DNA of 64,000 nucleotides, from contig NC_134026.1 in NCBI RefSeq assembly GCF_964204645.1, positions 14,356,150 to 14,420,149 on the forward strand, given 5' to 3'. Source of the stretch: Tubulanus polymorphus. Lineage: Eukaryota; Animalia; Nemertea. Both the position numbers and the translations under genes were made by a program. The notes below the pieces were generated by a model, which searched no databases, was not told the DNA's origin, and worked only from the letters and a program-made list of their open reading frames with translations. Within the stretch, counting starts at the first letter, position 1. Each line of letters begins with the position of its first letter. Below are positions 50,575 to 62,890 of this stretch, piece by piece.

Positions 50575-50930
50575 TTATTTATCAAAAAAATTACTATCAT
50601 CAAAATATTTAGTTATCTTAGTGATGATTAATTCAACATTCATTTCATTACTAGTTTCATTTGTATATATTTCAATTATTATTTTTTTAATATCATCGAT
50701 GATAAAATCTTCATCTAATTCATAAAATCTTAAAGATTCTCTAATTAAATTAGTAATCTTTTCTACATTTAAAGTTTCTTTATCTATTGTTTTTTCATAC
50801 TCAAATGCTGTTTCATTAGAAAATGCAATACTTTTAATATGTGTAATTACATCATTAATGTTAAATATCATTTCTTTCTCACGTTTAAAATTAAAACCAA
50901 AACATATACTCGGTCCAACAGTTATATTTG
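50575..50930 (-). pseudogene. Hypothetical Maverick protein
   Basis: Homolog of 32448-32816. Confidence 0.65.
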
Positions 50931-50947
50931 TTTATATAATGAAATAA

Positions 50948-51734
50948 TTACTCTCTACATCTTATAACTTATTCATAAATTACAGGGAAATTATTTAAAT
51001 CAATTAAGTATCCATTGTGATTTCTTACTTCTAATTTGAAATTATTGAAATGTGGAATACAAGGTTTAAAATCACATTCAGCTAAATTATAATTTATTTG
51101 CGTTCCAAATTGTTTAACGTTCTTCAATGGTAAAATATTTAATATACTAGAATTACATGTTGTATCTTTAGTTGCTTCAAATGTTTTTGTAGGATTAATT
51201 AAATTACAATAAATATAAAAGTGCGTAAAAGGTATTATATTTGAGCTACCGTGTATGTTTCCTAAAATAAGTTTATCTGGAGGAATTCCTAACAGTTTAG
51301 CAAAAGGTTTTTTTTTACCACGTAAGCATGTAGATTTGAATGTGAAAGAGTACCAATATTTTTATCATCAAACTTTGCTTTAATTTTATTAGAGATCTCA
51401 CTTTTTATGAATTTAATATTAAATTTAGAATCACTACCTATTCCAATCCGAGTTTTTCTATTAATTTCTTGCGCTAATGTTTCTAAATTATATAATCCTG
51501 GTGTAAGCATAAGTTGAATCCATTTTTCTTCAAATTTATCAAAAATAAAAAAGCTTCTATGTTCATCAGTTTATCCGATATATTATAAAAAGAGTTATAT
51601 AAACTTATATTTATTAATTTTAAATCAACACAATTCTTAAATTCTCTATCTAATTGTACTAGTAAATTATGTGATTTATAATTTGTAAGTTTTCTAGAAT
51701 CAACAAATATTCTGTATTCTTTTAATTCTACCGT
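50948..51734 (-). pseudogene. Putative minor capsid (penton) protein
   Basis: Homolog of 32833-33536. The start codon reads ACG, and there are frameshifts. Confidence 0.65.
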
Positions 51735-51802
51735 TATTTATAACATAAAAAAATTACCGCTCGTCACTTAAAATTAATTTTAATAAAATTTTTCCTTAAA
51801 TA

Positions 51803-53125
51803 ATGGATGAGAAGATACCATGCGAAATTTGTGGTGAACTTCTAAGAAAAAGTAATATGGCTCGACATATGAAAAAACATGATGAAAATTATAAACCCCC
51901 TAAAATAAACTGCCCAAAATGTAATAAATTATTCTCAAGAAATTATGTTAAAAAACATTCAGAGAAGTGTAAAATTAATGGCGCAACGGCTAATATTGAT
52001 AGTAACGAAAGTAATAGTAATTCTGTTGAAGTTGAACCTGAAATTATTTGGAAAAGACCTTTCTTATTCTATGATAAGGATAATATAAAAGATCATTTCT
52101 GTGAGCCTTGTCGAATAAAGTATAGCCCTGAAAATATAGAAGATTGGGAGAATCATCAATTTCGTAAAGTAAATATAGATAAAATTTCTAATAAATTTGA
52201 AACTGAATTCAATGAAAGAAAAAATAATATATTAGAAAAAACAAAATATGAGAAAACGTTACCAGATAATAAAGAAACAGTTGAAAATTTAGAAAAACAA
52301 TATAATGAATTAACAAGAAAAACATATTATTGTAAATATTGTAAATTGATCATTACAACAAGTAATTCAAATCTACATAATAGAACAATAAAACATAAAG
52401 AAAACGTATGAAAATACCAAGAGCTTAATGAAGATCTATTACCAATAAATTATAAACGAAAATGTCCACAATGTAGTTATCCTTAAGACAAGAAGGTACT
52501 GTGTTATTTTGTGTTGATTGTGGATGGCAAAAGAATTTATGGGGTGAAGAAAAAACAAGAAATTTTCTCATAGATCCAAAATTAAATTATCTAGATGAAA
52601 TTTTTAAAATATTTTCTATAGAAGATCATACACCAGAATATATGCAATGGCTTGAAAAAAACTAAAATAATAGAAAATAAAAATGGTGAAATAACTAAAA
52701 AAGATATTATAAAAACAATTATTTCCTCAACATTTAACACAAAACAAAAGAAAATGTATTTATATTTATTATTTAACGATTATTATGAAAAACCTAAATT
52801 AACAGAAGAAGATATGGAAAATATTAAAAAAATATTTAAACAAATATTAATGTATCATTTGGAAAATAGAATAACAGATTCAATAAATTATGAATTCTTT
52901 TTAAATAAGATTGTAAATTATTTAAACATAGATATTATAATTCCATTTGATGAATTAAGAAACAAAAAGAAACAAAGAGAGCGAGATGAAATGTGGAACA
53001 ATATAACACGTTATTTAAATGAGAAAAATGAAATAGAAGAACCTAAACAAATTATACAAGAACAATTAAATGAAAAAGAAGAAACCAATAGTGATTTCGA
53101 GTTTGATGATATTGATCCATTTTAA
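51803..53125 (+). pseudogene. Multi-C2H2 zinc-finger protein (ORFs 51803-52411 and 52652-53125, probably one broken gene)
   Basis: CEIC..MARHMKKH, CPKC..H..C and YYCKYC..HNRTIKH. Confidence 0.7.
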
Positions 53126-56100
53126 TAACCATAAGGTAATGTTTTTATACCATCATCTAAAATATGTCTTTTATCATCAAATGGATTTAAACTAGTTTTT
53201 TAAACTTCATTAATGTACATCTCGTGATCTTCTGATCTTAAACAATTCATTTTGTGTTTCATTACAATTGAGTTATATAAACACTGTATATAATCTTGAA
53301 ATTCTATATGTTTATCAACCACATGTTTTGTTATTCCTTTAAACTTTTTAGCTTCATGATCTTTTGTTCTGTAACTATACATTTTACTTCTTATCCCAAC
53401 AAATTCAATCATTTCATCACCCCCTAATTCATCTTTAAACTTACCAGGAATCTTTTTATCATCATTGCTAAATAGTTCATGATCTTTGGGATAATTGCTA
53501 AAATCAAAATGATGTTTTAATGTTTTTAAGTCTTTTGTTATGTCATTTGTCTTTATTTTTAGTATGTACGCATCCGTATTGACTGCTATTAATGGAAATC
53601 CACAGTTAAATGTACCATCTTCAGTTGATAAATCATAAACATAATCTGTTGGGTTATATATTTCAAATAAATCTTTAACTACTTCAGTTAAATCTTTTTC
53701 TGTGTGGCTTAAATTAAAGCAATTTGGTTTAGATTTAATCAATCCAATATTCATATTGAAGCCTAATGAATTACATAATATATTTAACCCTGATATAGCA
53801 ACTTTTCCTCTGTGTGCAAAGGTTATCTTTTATCCTTTGTAAATTTTTTAGCACCATCTGCTGCGTAGAATCCAATGAAGAACCATTTTCTTAGATTATT
53901 TTTTGCATTTAATACATAATCTGGAACTATCTTTTCTTTTGTTGAAGTATTACTTTTCACTATTGCGTGAATATAGAATTCATCATTATATTTTATAGCA
54001 AAATCTTTAGGATTATTTACAAGTATTCTATAAACTGCTGATGATTTCATAACATCCATGATTCTAAATGTTTTATGTGAATAAACTTCACAGAATTTCT
54101 CAATTCTTTCTAATAATTTTAAGTCTTGATTGCGAAAATACCAACAATATTTATTACCCCAAACATAATTATACACACCTGCTGAACCATCGCCCATGAA
54201 AAATCCTTTGATAAAATATTCTTTTTCTTCTAATGTTTCAGGTTCTATATTATAAATATTATCAATAATTTCATCAAATGACATATGATTCATTCTTTGG
54301 AAAAATCTTTTATGTAATAATTCGTCTCCAATTTTCATATCAGTTGGTTTTATTTCATCGCCATTTCATTTAATTAAACTATGATCTTCTGTAACATCTA
54401 CAAACCCTAATTTAGTTCTAACTCTATAGATTTTCTTATTTGTTTTATGCCTAATAATATTCTTTAATTTTTTCCATTCATTTCCATTTCTTGTCCAAAC
54501 ATTCATTAATCCATTTATTTGTATTAATTCTTTTTCACCATATGAAATATAACATTCATTTTGTTGTGGAATTATTTCTGAAATTCTTCTTATCAATATT
54601 TTATCATTACATTTTAATAATATTGGGGTGTCAGCTGTTACAGAATCAAAATATAATATTTCAATATGCTTTTCCCCAAAAAGTGGTTGTAAAACATTAT
54701 AATAAAAATCATACATTAATAATTTTGATACTTCTAAAACAGTTGAACCAATGAATATAGGTTTATTAAATTTCATTGACGTTCTTTTAACTGCTGTTAA
54801 ATAATCTTCAAATCTTTTATTTCCTAAATGTCTAGGACTTGATTGTAAATGTCTTAATCTTTCAGAATTATTTACTAATTCAATATCATTTCTATTTCTA
54901 ATATTTTCGCATGTTTTACCATAAAAACTATTATTCATTAATTTGAAGAAATCTTTTTCAAAATCTGTTTTTGATATGGTATCTGTTGAGTATTGAAATC
55001 TATATATTTTTCTAACCACTTCGATTGATTAAATTCAATATATCCATGTACTTTCTTTAATTTCATTCCTTGTTTTAGATAAAATTTTAACATTCTATAA
55101 TGAACGATATAATTGTATTTATTATTTTGAGTAAGTATTAATTTTTCTGTAAAAACATGATCTTTCGGTTTTATTTTCTTCTGGTATTCACTTAAATAAC
55201 TATCATCTACGGTTAAATGTTCTGGGCAATAAGGTAAGTTTCTTGTTTTAAACTTTATATTTTCAGTATATTCTAAATCAACTACAAAGAAATAACCAAT
55301 TGGTGCTTCATCTTCTAAACTCGTAATTGCGCTTTAACAATTAGTTTTATCATCATTTTCAACTTCTGTTAATATAAAATTTTTATATAGTTGAGGTTGC
55401 ATCATTGCCCAACCATATGAATTATTGGCGTCAATATATAATAATTTATATTCACCATATGCTCCCATAACACCACTAATTCCACTTCTAATTGATTTTT
55501 CAAATAATAAAACCATATCTGGTTCTTTTAATAAATCTAATTCTACATTTGTATATTTTAAACCACATTGCCAGGTTAAACCAGGACTAGAGTAGCAATA
55601 ACAAGGATCAACATTAAAATGATTCAAATTAACTTCTCTAAATTTTTCAAATATGTCAGCCAATATCATAACATCTGATTTTAAATATAAATCAACTAAT
55701 TCACCATGATTTTTCATCTTAAAATGGTTCCAAATATTTAATGTTGTATTAAACACTTCGTCTTTCACATACTCCTCTTTTGATTGATCATAAAATTGAT
55801 CTTTTAATAATTCTGTTACATTAAAATCATTGTGTGTTTTATAAAATGAATAAGGAATTGCGCCTTTATATCTCAATAATTTAAAATCTTGTTCATTTGG
55901 ATAATAATATCGAGTTATAACAAAATCATTATCAACTAAACTTTTTCATAAATTATCTAATGAACTTGCTAGAAATCTATAAGAATCTAAAAATCTAATG
56001 CAACCAAATTGAAATGAAATATAATTTTCAGATGTTTTAGCTAATAGTTTAAAATCATATTTTCTTACATTTACACCATTCATAGCATTATATTCTTCTA

Positions 56101-57705
56101 TTTCTTGATTAATTGCGCCCAATTTTCCCGATAATTGTTTTATAAATAGATGGGTATCATAGCCTGATAAATTATGAAATAATATTGGTACGAAATTAAC
56201 GTTCTTAGCTTGTATATTGCAATCTTCATGAGCAGCTCCACGATATTTTGAATTTAAATGATCATGATCTCTAACTTTTTTATCAAATGAATAAAAAGTT
56301 TTTCACAATAACAACAATGAGATGCATAATTAAAATCAATTTCATCTTCTTTTGTCATAACTATTCTTTTATTTTTGTTTAATAATTTTGCAAAATCACT
56401 TTCTAATTCAATCATTTTGTCACAAAAATCATTAACTACATTTTCACCTCTAAAAGAAATATATTGACTTTCATCTTTTCTATAATATAACAAATCTATA
56501 GCATTTTCATCATCATAATATTCTGTTAAATATAAAGCTTCCAATGTATAATCTTTAATATTTTCACCTTTTGTCTTTGGTAATTGCATTAATTCAAATA
56601 CATTTATTCTTAAATGATTAACTTTTTCTATTTTAGGAATCATTTTTATAGCTACTGGATATTGTTCAATTTTATATAATGTTTCGTATTTCCGATAATC
56701 TGTTATTCTACAAACATTTTCCTGTGTTGGATGTAAGCAACTAATAATTGACCATAGAAAACATTTATTATCTTCATTTTGAATATTTATTACTGCTTTT
56801 GTTGTAAATGGTAATTTAATATAAGATGATGCTTTAATATCCTTTTCTGTTGTAAAGTTTGAATCATTTTTAAACATTTTATTACTTTTTGATGTTTTAT
56901 TCCTTTTTGTATTTTAAACATTTAAATCTAAATATATAATTTCGTTCAATGTTAAGCCAGAACCCTCAAAATATCTTTCTTCAATATGACGTTTAAATTC
57001 ATTAAATATTTTTTCTAACTTCTCTTTTATTTGTGTTTTTGAAATTATTTCTTCAGAGTGTGTTTGAATATTATAATTCATTTTTTCTTCTGACTTTATA
57101 AAACTTACTTTCCCAGAGATACTAATTTTTGGATCAACATCTGTTATCAAATCTAGTATTTTTTCTATTATTTCATTAAATGTACTATAATCTTCTATTG
57201 TTGTACCTTTAAAAAATCTAAATATAATAGCTGCAGGACCAATTTTACTACGTAATGTTTCTAAAATTTAAATTGTATCTTTTATTTCTGATGAATCAAT
57301 ATAATTTCTAACATTTTCCATGTAAGGTTTATTTGAAATGGATTTAGTTTTTGAAGTTGGTTTTTTTACTTTTTGAGGTTTATCATCAATATAATCTTTT
57401 CATAAAATATTATTACTCAAATTTTGGTGGTGTTTTTGTGATTCGAGATGTCTATTATAATTCCTTTTTACTATAAATTCATTACAAACTTCACATTTTA
57501 TTTCATCCACATTCATATTTTCTAATCTTTCTTTTCTTTCATTGGAATTTTCTGGAGTTTCAAAATCTATTACATTTTTTATATGATTTGCAGTTTTTTC
57601 ATGTCGTGTTTTATGAGATGTATCGATGTATTTTTTACAATATGTGCAATAATATTGATTTTTATTAACATTATTATTTTCTGGTTGGTGTTCATTCTCC
57701 CCCAT
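53122..57705 (-). pseudogene. Protein-primed PolB, intein-containing allele, disrupted
   Basis: Same motifs as the B polymerase (DNKCFLW, YIDANN, KLMNNSFYGK). The YFD|TD motif is split by a ~1.07-kb insert. Confidence 0.95.
53578..54644 (-). mobile_element. Intein with LAGLIDADG homing endonuclease in pPolB
   Basis: Block A SVTADTPIL and block B VDVTEDHSL. LAGLIDADG motifs FIKGFFMGDG and FFIGFYAADG. Block F YVYDLST and terminal N|T. One nonsense codon (54366-54368) and a frameshift near 53825. Confidence 0.93.
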
Positions 57706-59188
57706 TTATTAGGAAAAAAAATTACTTGTGGTGATGAGTGGTGTCTCGCCCTCTCGCCCTCTGATCTGAAACCTACATCTTCCAATTACTGATGAGGCGT
57801 TCCGTTGATTTCGGCCACCTGTTTTCTGAGTTTCATCACATAAAAATCATCTTCTATTGGATTTGACTACTAACTACTTTGAAACGAAATGTTAAACTCT
57901 GATAATAATACAACAGTCTCTTTCTGCGCGTAGTTTCTATGGATGTACTGTGCTTCCTATTTTAAACTTGAAGTTATTTAAAGATAACACCGGTGGGAAT
58001 AGCAATCATTAATCATGGCGCGCATACTGGCGCGAATCTGAAAGTTTGTGACGTCATTTCATAAATAGATAAAGAAGGAAGGCTCCGAGAATATCCAAAT
58101 CACAGGTTACTGTGAATAACTGGTGCTCGACCACATACAAGTTAAAAATGTACTTCCTTGTTTGTGAAGTAAGTTCATTCATACTGTTATTAAAAGCAGT
58201 TCTTTTTAAACATTCTATAATAGTATAGATTTGTTCGTGGATATCAATACTTCAAAAAATCAGCAGCGGTTCATTTATTTATTGTACCGGTACGCGTTTT
58301 CTTAATTGAATTGAATTTGTCCGGTCCAAAAGGCGGGTCATACTAGTTAGCGTCAGAAAATGTCAGCGTCGGTGATACCTTGTCATCGTCGATATGAAAC
58401 GGTCTAAAGTCAGTTTATACATCACATACATTACAAATTGGAAGTCCCTTGTACATGTACATCACATCGTGACCCAGCGGCGATGGTAATGTCATAGAAG
58501 AACAAAGTCAGTTGAAAATACCTACCCACTGCACCGATAAAGAATGATTGCCAGCCAGAGACCAGTGACAGTCAGTAATGGGCAGTGATGGTACCGGTCG
58601 TGATTATGTTTTTATAATAGTTATTGGACGTCAATTTCATATGTGAATTGTTGTCCCCATCTGATCGCTTGACTTGTCAGACTGACTTGTCACTCCTCTA
58701 CTAATAGTAACATTATAAGGCCTTCCCTCCTGCATAATTTACCCTAGTAAATCCGTCAAGGAATATTGTAATGCTAGCAGAATATAGTCACCATATAGGC
58801 TAAATTCCTCAGTTGCGTTCACTCGAGACTGACCTCATTCAGTGCGCCACAATAGTAGAAGAGATAAAAATACTAAAAAACTACTGATCTAGTACACCAG
58901 CTCTATCAATGCTTATAGGGACACTGACACAAACACACATACTGACGCGCTGTGGGAATGACACACAGGCAATACACATACGTAGATGGATACTGTTCGC
59001 ATCGGGCTTAAATTTCGATGTTTAGAGGCTCACAGTGAGTAAACAGTGGCATTCTGATTAATATCATACGCAGTATAAGTCAATGCAGCGTAGTACTTGT
59101 GATACAGAATTGATTCACCGACAGTGAAAGTAAGTTGCAGTAGTTTATATGCTTTCAGTAAGATCCAGTGTGAAAAAGAATATGATGA

Positions 59189-60360
59189 TAAATATAGCTG
59201 CAAAGCAGTGATAACGGGTTTCTGCCTTGCCGGGTTAAATACCGTTCTAGGTAGGTTGCAAAATATTTCACTGAAATCAGTTCATTACGTACCACTATCC
59301 GTGAAGAAGCGCTATCCTGGGGTCAGCCTGTATCATGGGTCAGCCCATATCATGGATATGTTGACCCATGGCTCTTAAGTTCAAAGTAATGATGTAACAA
59401 GTTTAGGGAAAATGTACCAAGTTTAATAAAGAAAATAGGTGATACAGTGTTCTATCATTCCCTCGTAACAAAGTACATGTGTATCATTTTCATAGAAATC
59501 CCTCCATCCGATAAGTAGATATCAATGAAAATGCATTTTCAACGATTTCTAGGTGGCGCTACTGGAGCACCATATGAGTAACCTACTTAAACCATACACC
59601 TATACAAGTGTCTTGTAAAGGGCTACTAACCACACATTGCAACCTCGATTCTATCACCAACGGTTAAGGACATAGGAGCAAAAATCGTTGTTTTCACAGT
59701 CCCCTGGTGGTAGTTGTATGAACTAATCATGCAGGTTGGCATATAACAAACATGTCTTTGATACCAAGTTTTGTGATTTTCATAATAAACAGACCCCATT
59801 ACATACGAAAAATCGATGCTGAAATCAATTTTTCCAAAAACTTGTAGGTGGCTCTACTGGAGCACCATATGAGTTACCTACTTAAACAATACAAGTGTTT
59901 TGTAAAGGGCTTCTAACCACACATCGCAACCTCGATTCTATCGCCAACGGTTAAGGACATAGGAGAAAAATACGTTGTTTTCACAGTCCCCTGGTGGCAG
60001 TTGTATGAACTAATCATGCAGGTTGGCATATTACACACATGTCTTTGTACTTATACCAAGTTTTGAGATTTTTCAAAATTTACGCCCCCGAGTGGTTAAA
60101 ATTGGAACTAATCATATGAGGGGTTCATTTCGGTTATTAACCCGGTACATGTGTATCAATTTTTATAGAAATCCATTGATACCCTTAGTCGATATAGATG
60201 AAAATACGTATTCCAGCGTCTTATAGGTGGCGCTACTGGAGAACTATATGAGTTGCATAGTTATACCATACATCAATACAAGCGTCTTCGCAAGGGCTAC
60301 TGGTCACTCGTTGCAACCACGGTTCTATCTCCAACGGTTAAGGAGCTAGGAGCAAAAATC
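59189..60360 (-). mobile_element. HINE-like element end with ~300-bp internal tandem units
   Basis: AAATATAGCTGCAAAGCAGTGATAACGGGTTTCTG terminus. AGGTGGC.CTACTGGAG recurs at ~59551, ~59846 and ~60225. Confidence 0.6.
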
Positions 60361-60832
60361 TCATTAAAAAATTTCGGGTCCCATTTTCGAGCCCGTAGAG
60401 CCCAAACGGTTAATCGCAGATAGGGTGTGCCATTGACTTTTTTAACCTCCGGGCTATTATGAACAACTTTCGTGCTCGCTCGAAGCTGAAAAGTCAAAGA
60501 CAAAAAATTTTCTCACACAGTAACTTTTCGACGTCAGAATTTTCAAATGTAAAACACCCCCTGGTGGGTGAACGGGGTCCTCAATCAAAGAACCCTTCGA
60601 CTTACCTCAAGGTACCTGTGTTCCGTACATCTCACGAAAGTTTCAAGTAAATGCGTCAAGGAATATTGTAATGCTAGCAGAATATAGTTATCCAGGCTCT
60701 CGCGTATAGAGAAAAGAGAGCTGCATACATTACCTCTATCCAGGTAAGTTACTGCAAGGATGCTATTGCTTGTATATGCGGCACAAACAAATTCCTCAGT
60801 TGCGTCCACTCGAGAGGGACCCCATTCAGCGC

Positions 60833-60987
<155 letters not shown>

Positions 60988-61313
60988 AATACTAAAAAAC
61001 TACAGATTTAGTACACCAGCTCTATCAATGCTTATAGGGACACTGACACAAACACACGTACTGACGCGCTATGGGAATGACACGCAGGCAATACACATAC
61101 GTAGATGGATACTGTTTGAATCGGGCTTAAATTTCGATGTTTAGAGGATCACAGTGAGTAAACAGTTGAGTTCTGATCGATATTATACACAGTATTTGTC
61201 AATGCAGCATAGTACTTGTGATACAGAATGGTTTCACCGACGGTGAAAGTAAATTGTAGTTGTTTATATCCTTCCAGTACGATCCAGTGTGAAAAAGAAT
61301 ATAATAATAATAA

Positions 61314-61565
61314 TAAATATAGCTGCAAAAATAAAGGGTTTTCTGCACAGTCTTAGAATCCTGTTCAACGGTGGATTTCGACAAAGCATTTGATAAGGCT
61401 CAACATCAGCCATTACTAAACAGGCTATTAGGAAACTATCAATGATACGTCGCCCAAATGGCTCAGCAGTTATCTCTGAACAAAAACTTGTAACCGAAAT
61501 CAACGGAACGCCTCATCTTGGAATAAGACGGTCTAACTAGTGGAGTCACGCAAGGTAGTATCCTT
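61314..61565 (-). mobile_element. HINE end fragment (same subfamily as 11908 and 14527)
   Basis: Matches 14527-14785. Confidence 0.75.
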
Positions 61566-61566
61566 A

Positions 61567-61985
61567 GTCGCCCGCGACAATTCAATATTTTGGTTTTATC
61601 GCACGAGACAATTCATTATTTTGGTTTTATCGCCCGCAACAATTAATTATTTTGGTATTGTCGCCCGCGACAATTCATTATTTTGTCGCACGTGACAATT
61701 CAATATTTTGTTTTTGTCGCCCCAGACAATTCATTATTTTGGTTTTATTGCCCACGACAATTCATTACTTTGGTTTAATCGCCAGCGACAATTCATTATT
61801 TTGGTTTTCTCGCCCACGACAATATTTTTTTTTGGTTTTGTCGCCCGCGACAATTCAATATTTTGGTTTTATCGCCCGCGATAATTCATTATTTTGGTTT
61901 TATCGCCCGCGATAATTCATCATTTTGGTTTTGTTGCCCGCGACAATTCACCATTTTGTTTTTGTCGCCCGCGACAATTCCATTA
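61567..61985. repeat. ~31-bp minisatellite
   Basis: Tandem TTTTGGTTTTATCGCCCGCGACAATTCATTA units with no spacers. Confidence 0.9.
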
Positions 61986-62434
61986 TGAGAATGCCGGTTT
62001 GCTAGCGTATCTATTTAACACCCGTATTACTCGGGTGACTTTTACTACCAACGGGTGGCGCTGTGTGTAAATTTCTCATGAATCAACGACTTTCGGCTAT
62101 TAGCGGTACTTAAGACCACTTGAAAACATCATAGTCAATTACGGTAGTAGTGAAAATAAAAAGTTACAGTTCGGTGTACAGCACCATAGCACCCATATAA
62201 TACCACATACATTTTATTCAGACTAAGGACTTAGTTAACACTGATCTTCATTTCCATTAATTAATGATCTGTTGAATTAATTAGTAATTCAGTCTTTCGG
62301 TGGTTCGAGATAAAATGCCCGCAAAATAAGAACTAACGAACCAGGGCTGACCACAAATTGCCCAACAGATAAATTTTCCGAAACGACACAATAATGTTTA
62401 GTATCAAATAACTCGTGGCGTGGACCTTGGTCTA

Positions 62435-62890
62435 TCAACTGACCAATGCATGACCAGTACTGGCTATATAGTAAATTATCTGTTTTGCAAACAATTAAGT
62501 TATTTGGTGCCAAATAACTAGATATAATGTGGACATTAAACTAAAAATTGTTTAACTGACTAATGCTTGACCAGTACTGACCAGTTACCACTAACTAGAA
62601 CCCACCATATGTAATTTATATGTTTAGTAAAGCAATAAAATCGTGTTTGGGCGTCGAGCTACTAGATACGGTGCGGGCTATGATCTAACAACTATTTAAC
62701 TGACCAATATTTTACCAATACTGACCTTAAAGTAATTTGTTTATTCTAGAAGCAACACAGTCGTGTTTGGTGTCAAATAATTAGAAATGGTGTGGGCTTT
62801 CATCTAACAACTATTCAAGTGACCAAATCTTGACCAATACTGACCACATAGCTATATTTATCTGTTTCGGACACAACTGAGTCGTGTCTC
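62435..62890. repeat. Degenerate ~120-bp tandem repeat
   Basis: Recurring TGACCA.TACTGACC and TCGTGTTTGG.GTC motifs. Confidence 0.6.

Larger units (their letters stand above)
43695..57790 (-). mobile_element. Maverick/Polinton element C (left end missing)
   Basis: Contains ATPase, integrase, MCP, penton-like and pPolB genes. Its right terminus ...GATCTGAAACCTACATCTTCCAATTACT is related to the B TIR. Confidence 0.93.

Noticed and set aside
61567-61985. Possible CRISPR array
   Set aside because: The units are contiguous with no unique spacers, the context is eukaryotic and there are no cas genes. It is a minisatellite.
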